Positions 52,805 to 62,465 of a stretch of 64,000 nucleotides of DNA are shown here, piece by piece. Each line of letters opens with the position of its first letter. Positions within the stretch are counted from its first letter, which is position 1. A model generated the notes under the pieces. It saw only the letters and a program-made list of their open reading frames with translations. It ran no database searches and was not told the origin of the DNA. The translations under genes were made by a program, and so were the position numbers. This stretch comes from Burkholderiales bacterium (GTDB lineage Bacteria; Pseudomonadota; Gammaproteobacteria; Burkholderiales; Usitatibacteraceae): assembly GCA_031370625.1 (NCBI GenBank), contig JANMQR010000314.1:5052-69051 (forward strand), written 5' to 3'.

Positions 52805-52916
52805 GAAAATTCGCGCGCAATTGGTGTGGCAGTCCGCCTGCAAAGCGGGCGGTCGACCGCGCCGCGCGGTTCCTTGACCAGCGAAACGTTTTAATCCACC
52901 ACGAGCGCGCAAAGCA

Positions 52917-53681
52917 ATGCGAATTTCGCCGTCAAGCGCTCGTCAATCGCTGCTGGAGATAAGCGTCGGCGGCGCGCTGGGCGGTGCTTGTGTGATTGCA
53001 GGCTGGTTGGCAATCGCAGTGGCCTCGACGCCACCGGCAAACTCGGCCCCATTAACGTCTTCTGCCAGCACCGTAGTGGAAAGGATTGCCGACATCGGCG
53101 ACGCTGCTATTTCCAATCAGGCGCGACAAATTGCAAACTGGGTCGCAAATTCTCGGGACAACCGTGAACTTGATTTTGTCATCATCGATAAAAAGAACGC
53201 AGCGGTATATGTGTTCAATGCCGATGCGCATTTGCTCGCCTCGTCCCCCGTGCTACTAGGTTCTGCGGCGGGCGACGATTCTGTGCCCGGTATCGGCACA
53301 AGGCCAATGAAGCAGATACGTCAAGCCGAACGGACCACACCCGCTGGCAGGTTCATCGCCGAGCGCGGCAGAAATACAGATGGCGAAGATATTGTCTGGA
53401 TTGATTACGATGCGGCGGTATCGATGCACCGCGTGCGTGCGACTAATAAAACAGAGCGACGGCTCGAGCGATTGGCCACAGCCAGTACCGACGACAATCG
53501 AATTTCCTACGGATGCGTGAACGTACCGGTCAGATTTTATGAAGCGTACATACAGCCTCTGTTCGCGACAAATCTCGCTGTAGTCTATGTGCTGCCCGAG
53601 GTGAAGTCATTGGCAGAAGTTTTCGGCGTCGCTGCTTCGGCGGCGTATTTATCCTCACCAACGAGACCGGCTCTGCCATAA
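52917..53681 (+). CDS. L,D-transpeptidase (YkuD)-like protein
   Basis: An N-terminal TM segment and a C-terminal H..(n)..S-x-G-C motif (SMHRVRAT...RISYGCVNVP). Confidence 0.55.
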   Translation: MRISPSSARQSLLEISVGGALGGACVIAGWLAIAVASTPPANSAPLTSSASTVVERIADIGDAAISNQARQIANWVANSRDNRELDFVIIDKKNAAVYVFNADAHLLASSPVLLGSAAGDDSVPGIGTRPMKQIRQAERTTPAGRFIAERGRNTDGEDIVWIDYDAAVSMHRVRATNKTERRLERLATASTDDNRISYGCVNVPVRFYEAYIQPLFATNLAVVYVLPEVKSLAEVFGVAASAAYLSSPTRPALP

Positions 53682-53823
53682 CTGGACATTTAAATTTTCA
53701 CGTGCGTGTAGATAGATTTCGCCTCACCCGTTCAAACACTATTTTTAGTTGTGCCTACATTGGAAAGCTGCCCGGCCGGATTCGCCGCGTGCTGCTGATG
53801 TCGGGGCTAGCGCAAAAAGCTGA

Positions 53824-54282
53824 CTAGGCAAAACCAATATCGTTCGCACAACTTGAAAGCAACGACTGACCGCGCTTCGTGCTCAACGCTTGCTGATGAA
53901 GAGCGACGCCGCCACGATGGATGACTTGGTGTTGGCAATGTTCTGGCGCGAACAGCGCCACCAGCTTTTCAAAAACGCCTTTGGCTTTTTCGCTGTTGTC
54001 TTCAGTGACATTGCACACATAAAGATCGATTGCCACGCTCGCAAATTCTGGCCAGGTATGAATGGCCAGGTGTGATTCGGCGAGAAGAAATAAACCGGTG
54101 GCTCCTTCGGGCGCGAATTGGTGAAAAGCTCGACCCATTATTTGAAGGCCGGAGGCGCTGACGATTTTTTCGCACGCTGTTTCCAATATCGCCGAACTTC
54201 TGAGTAGCGCGGCATCACATCGACATTTGGCAAAATCGCCAACCCATTGCGTGCCGACTGCTGTTGAGATGAAATGATCCAT
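53824..54282 (-). CDS. speD: S-adenosylmethionine decarboxylase proenzyme (small pyruvoyl type)
   Basis: GLFLLAESHLAIHTWPEFASVAIDLYVCN contains the E-S self-cleavage site and the HTWPE motif. Confidence 0.8.
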   Translation of the reverse strand: MDHFISTAVGTQWVGDFAKCRCDAALLRSSAILETACEKIVSASGLQIMGRAFHQFAPEGATGLFLLAESHLAIHTWPEFASVAIDLYVCNVTEDNSEKAKGVFEKLVALFAPEHCQHQVIHRGGVALHQQALSTKRGQSLLSSCANDIGFA

Positions 54283-54308
54283 GAGTGTAAATAGATTTAG
54301 TGGTTGGT

Positions 54309-54596
54309 CTAAGACGCATCAGCGGATGACGCGGGCGGATTCGCTTTGCTTCGTGAATACAAGAATTGACCGATGCAGGCGGTGGCGAGCATAAAGACAT
54401 TGGTGACGACAAAAACCCAATTTTTTAGCATCAGGCTATAGATGATGAAACCGGTCGATGCTGCCATTTGCCCAACAAATAGCCACTTTGAGACACCCGC
54501 CGATTTTCCGGATTTCCATTGAGTGTAGACCTGCCTGCCGATTGTCGTCAGCAGCACCACACTGGCCGTCCATCCGATTGCATCCACCAGTTCCAT
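54309..54596 (-). CDS. Small 3-TM membrane protein, SemiSWEET/PQ-loop-like
   Basis: 95 aa with three hydrophobic helices and GRQVYTQWKSGKSAGVS after TM1. It resembles the PQ-loop motif, but with RQ in place of PQ. Confidence 0.45.
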   Translation of the reverse strand: MELVDAIGWTASVVLLTTIGRQVYTQWKSGKSAGVSKWLFVGQMAASTGFIIYSLMLKNWVFVVTNVFMLATACIGQFLYSRSKANPPASSADAS

Positions 54597-54652
54597 CTGC
54601 TTTCAAGCCTCTATTCCATATCAATGTCACATCAAATTTCTGTTGCCAATTG

Positions 54653-54970
54653 CTAATGCGTCTGTGACCCGATTTCATCGCGCATGCTCGTCGGAATGGC
54701 TGATTCCAGCGGGATTCGGAATTCATTTGATTCCGGTAGCGCCGCAACGGTGCGCAAATGGCGATTACAAATAAACCAGATTTCATCGCGGTCATTCGAC
54801 AAAATAAAATAGGCGTCGGAGGTTTCTGATGGATTAAACATGCCGAGCGCGCGGTAGCTGGTGTTGAGCGTAAACCCACTTTCGAGCGGCAGCGGCCGTG
54901 GACCATTCTCGAGCTGGTTGATGCGCAAAAAAAGATGTGTGTCTAGCGTTAGCATAATCAAATCTTTCAA
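54653..54970 (-). CDS. Hypothetical protein
   Basis: ORF track only; no recognisable motif. Confidence 0.4.
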   Translation of the reverse strand: MKDLIMLTLDTHLFLRINQLENGPRPLPLESGFTLNTSYRALGMFNPSETSDAYFILSNDRDEIWFICNRHLRTVAALPESNEFRIPLESAIPTSMRDEIGSQTH

Positions 54971-55112
54971 TCGGGTTCAGCGAGTTCGCTAAACGATGAA
55001 CATGATCATGCCTTTGAAGCGGGCCAGCGAAAGTAAGCGTCGATACATACGGCGTGTAGGGAATCGTCCCGTGCATTTCAGGTGACCAGCTGCACGCGTT
55101 GCGGTTGCAGTT

Positions 55113-56021
55113 TCAATTCACGCGCTGCACCCGCACATCCACATCCATGCCCAGGTAATCACCCGGCGCGCCGATCCACGTGCCACTGACCGGTGACGCC
55201 TGCGCCGCGTGTCGCGCAAATCCAACGCGCACCAGTTCATTACCGCCCACCAAGTTGTTGGTCGGATCAAACGGCAGCCAACCCGCGCCCGGCAAATAGA
55301 CTTGCAGCCATGCGTGGGTCGAGCCGCCACCTATCACTCCCCCGCCGAGATCGTCGGCATTCGCGTCCAGTGCGCGGGAGTAAAGATAACCAGACACAAA
55401 TTTTGCGGCATAGCCAAGATGGCGAACGGCTTCGATCATGAGCGTGGCGAAATCGCGGCAGGTCCCGCTATTGCGGGCCAACGTTTCATACGGTGTTTGC
55501 ACGCCTTCGACGAAGCGTGCCTCGTAGCTGAACGTATCTCGGATATGGCGGGTCATTGCGATCAGCGCATCGCGTATTCCCACCTGGCCGCCAGTGGTGA
55601 TATCAGCATTAACGAACTGGCGCGCCCACATTGCAAGCGTGCCGTCCGGATCGGCGTAGTACGGCGTAATGTAGGGCAGCAGCACAATGTAGTCATCCGC
55701 ATCGTAGGCGAACGGATAATATTGCGTGGACGGATCCAACGGTAAATCAAGAGCGCGCGTGCCGGTGTGCTCAACTTTGAATGAGGCGACAATTTCAAGC
55801 TCTTGCGCGGGCGATTGTGGCTCTACGATTGCGACTGAATTCAAAAACACGTCTTGAATGAGGCGGATGTCGACTGGCTCTGGTGTTACGGTCAAATCAG
55901 TTTCCAGAACGCGCAGATCATGGCTGTCGCGCGGGCGAAACATCACCCGATGCTCTCCTAACGTCACCGGCTGCGCGAACCGATAGCGGGTGGTGTGAGT
56001 AATTTTCAAAATGACACTCAT
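55113..56021 (-). CDS. Transglutaminase-like cysteine protease-family protein
   Basis: The likely start is MSVILKITHTTRYRF at 56021. Catalytic core: GTCRDFATLMIEAVRHLG..HAWLQVYLPGAGWLPFDPTN. Confidence 0.85.
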   Translation of the reverse strand: MSVILKITHTTRYRFAQPVTLGEHRVMFRPRDSHDLRVLETDLTVTPEPVDIRLIQDVFLNSVAIVEPQSPAQELEIVASFKVEHTGTRALDLPLDPSTQYYPFAYDADDYIVLLPYITPYYADPDGTLAMWARQFVNADITTGGQVGIRDALIAMTRHIRDTFSYEARFVEGVQTPYETLARNSGTCRDFATLMIEAVRHLGYAAKFVSGYLYSRALDANADDLGGGVIGGGSTHAWLQVYLPGAGWLPFDPTNNLVGGNELVRVGFARHAAQASPVSGTWIGAPGDYLGMDVDVRVQRVN

Positions 56022-56274
56022 GGAACCTCTTGTTGAAACGTTCGGCCTTGCTGCCCTTATCGCGCGAAGGCATTGAAGCGCAAATGCGCACAAGCGTTGA
56101 AAAATAGCGCTGCTCGATTGCAGCAACGTCAGTGTTGTCTTACGTCTTGGCGACATTTCCACCGATGGATGAAAACACGGAAATCATTAAACTCAATCTT
56201 CGAATCCAAATTCTATTGAATTTGCAATGTGGAATTTGCACTGTGTAGGACCACGAAACCGAAAGGAAGTCATC

Positions 56275-56436
56275 ATGATCAAAAAACTTTTAATGGTTGT
56301 ACTCACCACCAGCCTCGTTGCAAAAGGTGTGCAAGTTTTGCTGCAGCGTGCTGATGCGCGCACCCGAGTGCAGAAGAAGCGCGAGCGCAAATCCGAGGTA
56401 CAACGTTGGGAAAACGAAGGCGGGCCGGCAGCTTAG
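56275..56436 (+). CDS. Small (53 aa) membrane-anchored protein ending in a WENEGG motif
   Basis: The RBS-like GGAAG lies 5 nt upstream of the ATG at 56275. Sequence: MIKKLLMVVLTTSLVAKGVQVLLQRADARTRVQKKRERKSEVQRWENEGGPAA. Confidence 0.5.
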   Translation: MIKKLLMVVLTTSLVAKGVQVLLQRADARTRVQKKRERKSEVQRWENEGGPAA

Positions 56437-56633
56437 TGCTGGTTTTCCGGAACCTAAAAAGTCCACTGCCCGCATCGTAAAAGTGGTGCGGGTTTGCGCT
56501 TGCCCGTTCAATTCCTCAGCCCATCAGTAAAAGTGGCTGAGTTACTGTCTGTTTCTCAACGCTGAAAACTGCAGTATCTGCTGTAGTGAGACTGGCAGTA
56601 ATTTAGGCGAATCTACTTTAGTCAAATCAAGCA

Positions 56634-56700
56634 TTAACGCGCTTTTACAGCCATAATTGCCCCAAACACCGCGCTAGCAATGGCGTTCACATATTCTATT
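56634..56700 (+). repeat. Copy 2 of the repeated intergenic sequence (partner at 40003-40078)
   Basis: See copy 1. It contains CATAAT (56652-56657) and is followed by the hairpin at 56721-56745. Confidence 0.6.
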
Positions 56701-56720
56701 TTAACCAAAACGCCGCGCCG

Positions 56721-56745
56721 CATCGGCCGCAACTAGCGGCCGATG
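56721..56745. terminator. GC-rich hairpin between the repeated element and the EF-hand gene
   Basis: CATCGGCCGC-aacta-GCGGCCGATG. Short T runs lie a few nt away on both strands. Confidence 0.5.
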
Positions 56746-56763
56746 CATCGTTTTGACATCTAA

Positions 56764-57126
56764 TTACTTGCGCTGAACGCTTCCGGGCATGGAAGAATTG
56801 CCCTGCGTGTTCCCGTCTGTCTTGCGAATTTCTCGCTCGAACATTCTGGTGCGCATGTCTTGGCGTGACATGTTGCCTTTTTTGCCTGAATCCATCCGGT
56901 CGTAATTCGAACCGTAATAGGCCACGTATTCATCACGTGAAATCATGCCGTCTTTGTTGCTATCCATCGTGGCGTACAGCGAGTCGTACTCTGCATCGGT
57001 CATGCGAGCCACTTCGGCTGGCGTGGCCTGAGTTTGGGCAGATACACCCATTGATGCAGCACCTATGGCGCCAGCACATATCGCTGACATCAGTACCACT
57101 TTTGCATTGCGCATTGTCTTATTCAT
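56764..57126 (-). CDS. Exported EF-hand calcium-binding protein
   Basis: Signal peptide VLMSAICAGAIGAASMGVSA. EF-hand loop DSNKDGMISRDEY. Confidence 0.8.
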   Translation of the reverse strand: MNKTMRNAKVVLMSAICAGAIGAASMGVSAQTQATPAEVARMTDAEYDSLYATMDSNKDGMISRDEYVAYYGSNYDRMDSGKKGNMSRQDMRTRMFEREIRKTDGNTQGNSSMPGSVQRK

Positions 57127-57211
57127 TTTCGAACTCCTGGAAGTTGAACTGCTAAAGCGCGAGCCGGCCGGGGTCGGCGGCTCGCGGAAACGTCACATAA
57201 TCGGTCAACGA

Positions 57212-57640
57212 TTACAGGCGATTTTCATTTCTCAAGGTGGTGCCGTAGTAACTGTGGACCTGGCCCTGCCATGTTTGATCTGCCATATCAGGCCAATCAT
57301 CTTTATCAAAGCCTGGCGCATCCGCCAAACGCTCTTTATCGATATCGAGTACGAAACGTTTGTTTACTGTGTCGAGCTTTAACGCATCCCATGGCACAGC
57401 AAAAAGTTTCTCGCCGAAACCCATCACACCGCCGTACGACAAAACGGCATAGCTGACTTTTCCGTTTGGCACATCGAGCATGATCTCTTTAATGTCGCCT
57501 AAATCTTCGTCCTGCTTGTTATATACGTCGTTGCCCAGCAACGTCTCGGCCCCCATCAATCGCGGTCCCGGTCCATCACCGTCGCTTTTCGTATTTGTGC
57601 CCGCATACATTCCGTATTGGTCGTTTTCAAGATAGCTCAT
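57212..57640 (-). CDS. PRC-barrel domain protein
   Basis: The likely start is MSYLENDQ at 57640 (AGGAAA RBS). PRC-barrel core: LLGNDVYNKQDEDLGDIKEIMLDVPNGKVSYAVLSYGG..FAVPWDAL. Confidence 0.85.
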   Translation of the reverse strand: MSYLENDQYGMYAGTNTKSDGDGPGPRLMGAETLLGNDVYNKQDEDLGDIKEIMLDVPNGKVSYAVLSYGGVMGFGEKLFAVPWDALKLDTVNKRFVLDIDKERLADAPGFDKDDWPDMADQTWQGQVHSYYGTTLRNENRL

Positions 57641-58106
57641 TGAATTTCCTTTCAAAGTTCGAAGTACTAATTACACGATAGGCGAGGCATATCAAAGCTA
57701 GGCTCAACACCTCCTAAAGGTGCTGCATCCTCGCTGGCAACCTGCAAACAAACAGGCTCGCCAGCTTTTGCTGCCCTCTTGATCAGCAACGTTTAAAACA
57801 ATTGCGACCAGACGAAATAATAAGGTCGCGGCAAAAAAAGTCGTGTCCGAAAATCTCGCCAACGCTTGTAAGACGTTGGGAAAAATGCGCTCGAACCGTT
57901 GCATTCGGCACGCATGTGCAGCGCGTGCGGGGCATGTTTGCGCTGCCGGATAGTGCGATGCCTGCTAGCGCGATGCCTGATACCACGTGGCTGAATGTCG
58001 GCGATGTCCTACCGCCCACACCGGCATGCGCGTACGGAAACGTATTTTCGTTTTCTCTACAGTTATCCCTGTACGAAAAATAACTTTCCACACAGGAGCT
58101 GTAAAG

Positions 58107-59087
58107 ATGTCCACCGTTTCCAATCCCATGACCGATGGCTTGGGCCGCGCAAATCGCGAACCCAAACCCGGATTTATCAACATCGGTACTAAAAGTAATT
58201 TATCTGAATCGAATGACTCGGGCGTCTCTTGGGCCGCGATTGTTGCGGGGGCCGTGGTTGCCTCAGCGTTGTCGTTGGCGCTGCTGGCACTTGGCGCCGG
58301 GCTCGGATTCTCCGCCATGTCACCGTGGTCGGGGCAAGGTGCATCCGCATCTACGCTCGGCGCGGCCAGCATTGCGTGGCTTATCGGTATGCAGGTCGTT
58401 GCCGCCGCCTTGGGTGGGTACCTCGCAGGAAGACTTCGGACCAAATGGGCCGGCGTACACACCGATGAAGTATTTTTTCGTGACACAGCGCACGGATTTT
58501 TGGTCTGGGCAGTCGGGCTCGTGATCACCGCCTCAATGCTCGCATCGGCGGCGTCTATGTTGGCGGGCGGCGTGGCAAAAGCAGGCACTGCCGTGGTCGG
58601 CGCAAGCGCGGGTGGAATGGCCGCAGGTATCGGTGGCATGGCAACAAACGCTAACCCTGGGAGTAGCGTTAGTGCCGCGGCCGGAAATTACTTTGTTGAT
58701 GCGCTATTCAGAGCTGACCGTGCAGGTGCAGCGTCAGGCACAGCTGTTTCAGCGCCAGCGTTCGCGGATGACGGCGCAACTCGTGGCGAGGTGCTGCGCA
58801 TAATTTCAAACGGTGTAGATGAAATGCCAGCAAGTGACAAAGCCTATTTGTCGCAGCTGATCGCGGCAAAAACCGGCATCACACCCGCCGACGCCGAGAA
58901 GCGGGTAAATGATTTGATCACGCAAATTAAATCAAAAGAACTTGCCGCAAGAGAAGCTGCCGACGCCGCCCGCAAGGCCGCTGCAAAGGTTTCGCTTTGG
59001 ACGTTTATCGGTCTTTTGATTGGCGCATTTTGCGCATCCTTTGCCGCCACCATTGGCGGGCGTCAGCGCGACAACGTCTATTCGTAA
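58107..59087 (+). CDS. Hypothetical polytopic membrane protein
   Basis: AGGAG RBS before the ATG at 58107 (MSTVSNPMTDGLG). It has several Gly/Ala-rich TM segments. Confidence 0.65.
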   Translation: MSTVSNPMTDGLGRANREPKPGFINIGTKSNLSESNDSGVSWAAIVAGAVVASALSLALLALGAGLGFSAMSPWSGQGASASTLGAASIAWLIGMQVVAAALGGYLAGRLRTKWAGVHTDEVFFRDTAHGFLVWAVGLVITASMLASAASMLAGGVAKAGTAVVGASAGGMAAGIGGMATNANPGSSVSAAAGNYFVDALFRADRAGAASGTAVSAPAFADDGATRGEVLRIISNGVDEMPASDKAYLSQLIAAKTGITPADAEKRVNDLITQIKSKELAAREAADAARKAAAKVSLWTFIGLLIGAFCASFAATIGGRQRDNVYS

Positions 59088-59145
59088 CCGTTGAACAGCT
59101 ACTGCGCGAGCATAAATTTCACCACTTTTAAATTCGGAGACAAGC

Positions 59146-59217
59146 ATGAAATCACTGCTACTACTATTTCTCGGGGTGCCTATTCCAATCATTATTTTGA
59201 TTGCGATATTCACCTGA
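59146..59217 (+). CDS. Possible 23-aa hydrophobic peptide
   Basis: A GGAGA lies 5 nt upstream of the ATG. The ORF encodes MKSLLLLFLGVPIPIIILIAIFT. This is a short-ORF call only. Confidence 0.3.
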   Translation: MKSLLLLFLGVPIPIIILIAIFT

Positions 59218-59302
59218 TTCAGCAGGTAAACAACAGCTGAATTTTGAAGTTCGACTATTTTTACTGTCGAACGCATTCCAATTTTATTAAGGAGACTTTC
59301 CA

Positions 59303-59827
59303 ATGGCAACGTCACAATCTCGACCCACCACCCTTTCAAAAAATGCAAAGCCTGCTCGCAAACTGGCGAGTGATGCGGTTGCACTACTGAAAGCCGATCA
59401 CGCGGAAGTGAAAAAATGTTTTAAAGATTATGAAAAATTAGTGAAGAAGGACGCAAGCGCATCCGAGCGGCAAGCGCTCGCAGCCGAAATTTGCAAAATG
59501 TTGTCGGTACATGCGCAGATCGAAGAAGAAATTTTTTACCCGGCATCACGCGAGCTGTTGGGCGACGAAGCGGAATTGGTTGACGAAGCCGATGTCGAAC
59601 ATGCAACCGCAAAAGAGCTGATCGCGCAAATCGAAAGTGGGAATGCGGACGACATGCATTTCAATGCGCGCGTGAAAGTGTTGGGCGAATATATCGATCA
59701 CCACGTCAAGGAAGAACAAGATGAATTATTTCCCAAAGTAAAAGCGGCGGGCATGGACACGAAGGCTGTCGGTCAGGAACTTACTGCCCGTAAAGCGGAG
59801 CTCACCGGCAACGGCGCTAGCAGGTAA
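59303..59827 (+). CDS. Hemerythrin (HHE cation-binding) domain protein
   Basis: AAGGAG RBS. Motifs LLKADHAEVKKCF, HAQIEEEIFYPA, EHATAKELI and HHVKEEQDELFP. Confidence 0.85.
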   Translation: MATSQSRPTTLSKNAKPARKLASDAVALLKADHAEVKKCFKDYEKLVKKDASASERQALAAEICKMLSVHAQIEEEIFYPASRELLGDEAELVDEADVEHATAKELIAQIESGNADDMHFNARVKVLGEYIDHHVKEEQDELFPKVKAAGMDTKAVGQELTARKAELTGNGASR

Positions 59828-59900
59828 TTTAAGGGCTCGTATAGTGGCGATGAACGACTGGCCGCTCATTTTCAAATTCACTTATTGATCGGAAACGTTG

Positions 59901-62423
59901 ATGGCCAAGCAAAAAGTTACACCTCCGGCAGAACAGTCCTCTTCGCAAAATTCGCGCGATCACAAAAGTCGAGGCGGCGAGATGCTGCAAACGTTGCTGG
60001 TGGCTGCATCGCGTGGCACCGTGGCACTAAAGAAAGTCGAACAGGCTGACACGAAAAGCAAACTCGATGCGCAGAAAGCTGGAGCGCAGGCAATGGCCAG
60101 CGCAATGCCAGCCAATGAGTTGAAAGCATCTGAGTTCGGGCTTGCTGCCGGGCATTCTCCGATTCGAGGTAAGCCGATCAAGGCCGCGCAGCCGGTGGTT
60201 AGCGCCAGTTCGGTAACCGAAGACATTGCATCCGGAAAACTCGGCGATGGCAAGCCGCAGATTGGGCTCAACCCAGGAAATGCATCGCTGGATGGCGTGC
60301 GCGTTGATTCTGGCGGTCAGGCGCTCACCACCAACATGGGCTTGAAAATCAGCGACAACCAAAATTCATTGAAGGCGGGTTTGCGCGGCCCCACCTTGCT
60401 GGAGGATTTTGTTCTACGTGAAAAGATCACCCATTTTGATCATGAGCGTATACCCGAGCGCATAGTGCATGCGCGCGGCTCGGCGGCGCACGGCTATTTT
60501 GAATCTTATGCGGCGCTTGGCAAATTAACCAAGGCTGCGCCGTTTAGTGAGGCCGGGAAACGCACGCCGGTATTTGTCCGCTTCTCGACCGTGGCAGGTG
60601 AGCGCGGTTCAGCCGATCTGGCGCGCGATGTGCGCGGGTTCGCGGTGAAGTTTTACACCGAAGCGGGTAATTGGGACATTGTCGGCAACAATATGCCGAT
60701 CTTTTTTATTCAGGATGCGATGAAGTTCCCTGATCTGATTCACGCGGTCAAACCGGAACCGAATAATCAAATTCCGCAAGCCGCATCAGCGCATGACACG
60801 TTCTGGGATTTCGTTTCGCTGATGCCGGAATCTACGCACATGTTGCTCTGGGCAATGTCTGATCGCGCGATCCCGCGCAGCTTGCGCATGATGCAAGGCT
60901 TTGGTGTGCACACCTTTCGACTCGTCAATGACGCCGGTGAATCGGTGTTCTGCAAATTCCACTGGAACCCAATTGCGGGCACGCACTCCGTTACTTGGGA
61001 TGAAGCGGTCAAAATAAACGGTGCGGATTCTGATTTTCATCGACGCGACTTGTGGGATGCGATTGAATCTGGCGCGTTTCCGGAATGGGAATTAGGCCTG
61101 CAAGTTTTTACCGAAGCCGAGGCCGACAAATTCAGTTTTGATGTGTTAGATGCCACCAAGTTGGTTCCTGAAGAACTGGTGCCGGTGCAGCCAGTAGGCC
61201 GCATGGTGTTGAATCGCAATCCCGATAATTTTTTTGCAGAGACCGAGCAAGTCGCATTCGGTACCGCCAACGTGATACCCGGAATTGACTTCAGCAACGA
61301 TCCGCTGCTGCATGGCCGACATCACTCGTATCTTGATACCCAGCTGAGTCGTTTGGGTGGGCCGAATTTCCACGAGCTACCAATCAACGCATCGCTCGCA
61401 CAAGTTCACAACAATCAGCGGGATGGCATCCATCGCCAATCCATTGCACGTGGTCGTGTTGCGTATGAGCCAAATTCGCTTGGCGGCGGTTGTCCGTTTC
61501 AAGCGGGGATGCAGGGTTTTGTGACGTTCCCCGCGCCGGTGATGGAAGACAAAGTACGCGGCAAACCGGAAAAATTTGCTGACCACTTTTCGCAAGCGAC
61601 GCTGTTCTGGAAGAGCCAAACGCCAGTGGAGAAAAAGCATATTGTTAGCGCATTTCGCTTTGAGCTGACCAAAGTTCAAGTGCCCGCCATTCGCCAAAGA
61701 ACCGTATCAATGCTCGCAAATGTCTCCACTGATTTGGCCAGCGCGGTCGCGGAGGGATTGGGTATTCCGCTACCTTCGCCTCAGCCACGTGTGCTGCAAA
61801 ATCCCGCCACACCCGAAGTAATGCATTCACCGCAGCTATCACTATTCGCCCGGCCCGGCGACGGCGGTGTCAAGACGCGGCAGATCGCAATGGTGGCATG
61901 TAACGGCATGAGCGGAGAGGCATCACGCAACGTGCACGCGGCACTCATCGCCGCAGGAGCAGTGCCAAAATTCATCGGTGAATCACTGGGCGAAGTACAG
62001 ACCAGCGACGGGAAACCCATCAAGATAGACGTAACGTTCGAGGCGACCGCTTCGGTGCTGTGGGATGCCGTGGTGCTACCCGCAGGAAAGGAAGCGGCGG
62101 CGACGTTGGCGCAGAACGATCATGTGCTCGATTTTGTGAAAGAGCAGTATCGTCATTGCAAACTTATTGGCGTCTTGGGTGAACTTGACGTGCTCACTCA
62201 AGCGGTTGGGATGCGCGCGACCGTGGACGAATTGAAAGCTGACCCGGGCATCATTATTTTCGGGACGCAACCATCAGCAGCGCTCGACAAAAATCAACGG
62301 ACTGCCAAAACCGATGGTAAAACCAAAACTGTAAACAAGGCCAAAGCACCAGCGAATACCGGGATTGCCGCCCTGCTCTCTCAGTTGGGCAAGCATCGAA
62401 ATTTTGCGCGCGAACTGCACTGA
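59901..62423 (+). CDS. katE: Large-subunit monofunctional catalase (HPII type)
   Basis: [51 protein letters not shown] is near-identical in pattern to the E. coli KatE core. There is a C-terminal flavodoxin-like extension. Confidence 0.95.
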   Translation: MAKQKVTPPAEQSSSQNSRDHKSRGGEMLQTLLVAASRGTVALKKVEQADTKSKLDAQKAGAQAMASAMPANELKASEFGLAAGHSPIRGKPIKAAQPVVSASSVTEDIASGKLGDGKPQIGLNPGNASLDGVRVDSGGQALTTNMGLKISDNQNSLKAGLRGPTLLEDFVLREKITHFDHERIPERIVHARGSAAHGYFESYAALGKLTKAAPFSEAGKRTPVFVRFSTVAGERGSADLARDVRGFAVKFYTEAGNWDIVGNNMPIFFIQDAMKFPDLIHAVKPEPNNQIPQAASAHDTFWDFVSLMPESTHMLLWAMSDRAIPRSLRMMQGFGVHTFRLVNDAGESVFCKFHWNPIAGTHSVTWDEAVKINGADSDFHRRDLWDAIESGAFPEWELGLQVFTEAEADKFSFDVLDATKLVPEELVPVQPVGRMVLNRNPDNFFAETEQVAFGTANVIPGIDFSNDPLLHGRHHSYLDTQLSRLGGPNFHELPINASLAQVHNNQRDGIHRQSIARGRVAYEPNSLGGGCPFQAGMQGFVTFPAPVMEDKVRGKPEKFADHFSQATLFWKSQTPVEKKHIVSAFRFELTKVQVPAIRQRTVSMLANVSTDLASAVAEGLGIPLPSPQPRVLQNPATPEVMHSPQLSLFARPGDGGVKTRQIAMVACNGMSGEASRNVHAALIAAGAVPKFIGESLGEVQTSDGKPIKIDVTFEATASVLWDAVVLPAGKEAAATLAQNDHVLDFVKEQYRHCKLIGVLGELDVLTQAVGMRATVDELKADPGIIIFGTQPSAALDKNQRTAKTDGKTKTVNKAKAPANTGIAALLSQLGKHRNFARELH

Positions 62424-62465
62424 TGCGGCCACTGATCCGGCAACTATTTAAATGACGAACGCGCC

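Noticed and set aside
56437-59302. EcfG-type (GGAAC-N16/17-CGTT) or clear RpoS-type promoters upstream of the stress genes.
   Set aside because: I found only loose resemblances, such as GGAAAC near 58049 and 59891 and CTACAGT near 58064. Spacing and hexamers do not fit well enough to annotate them.
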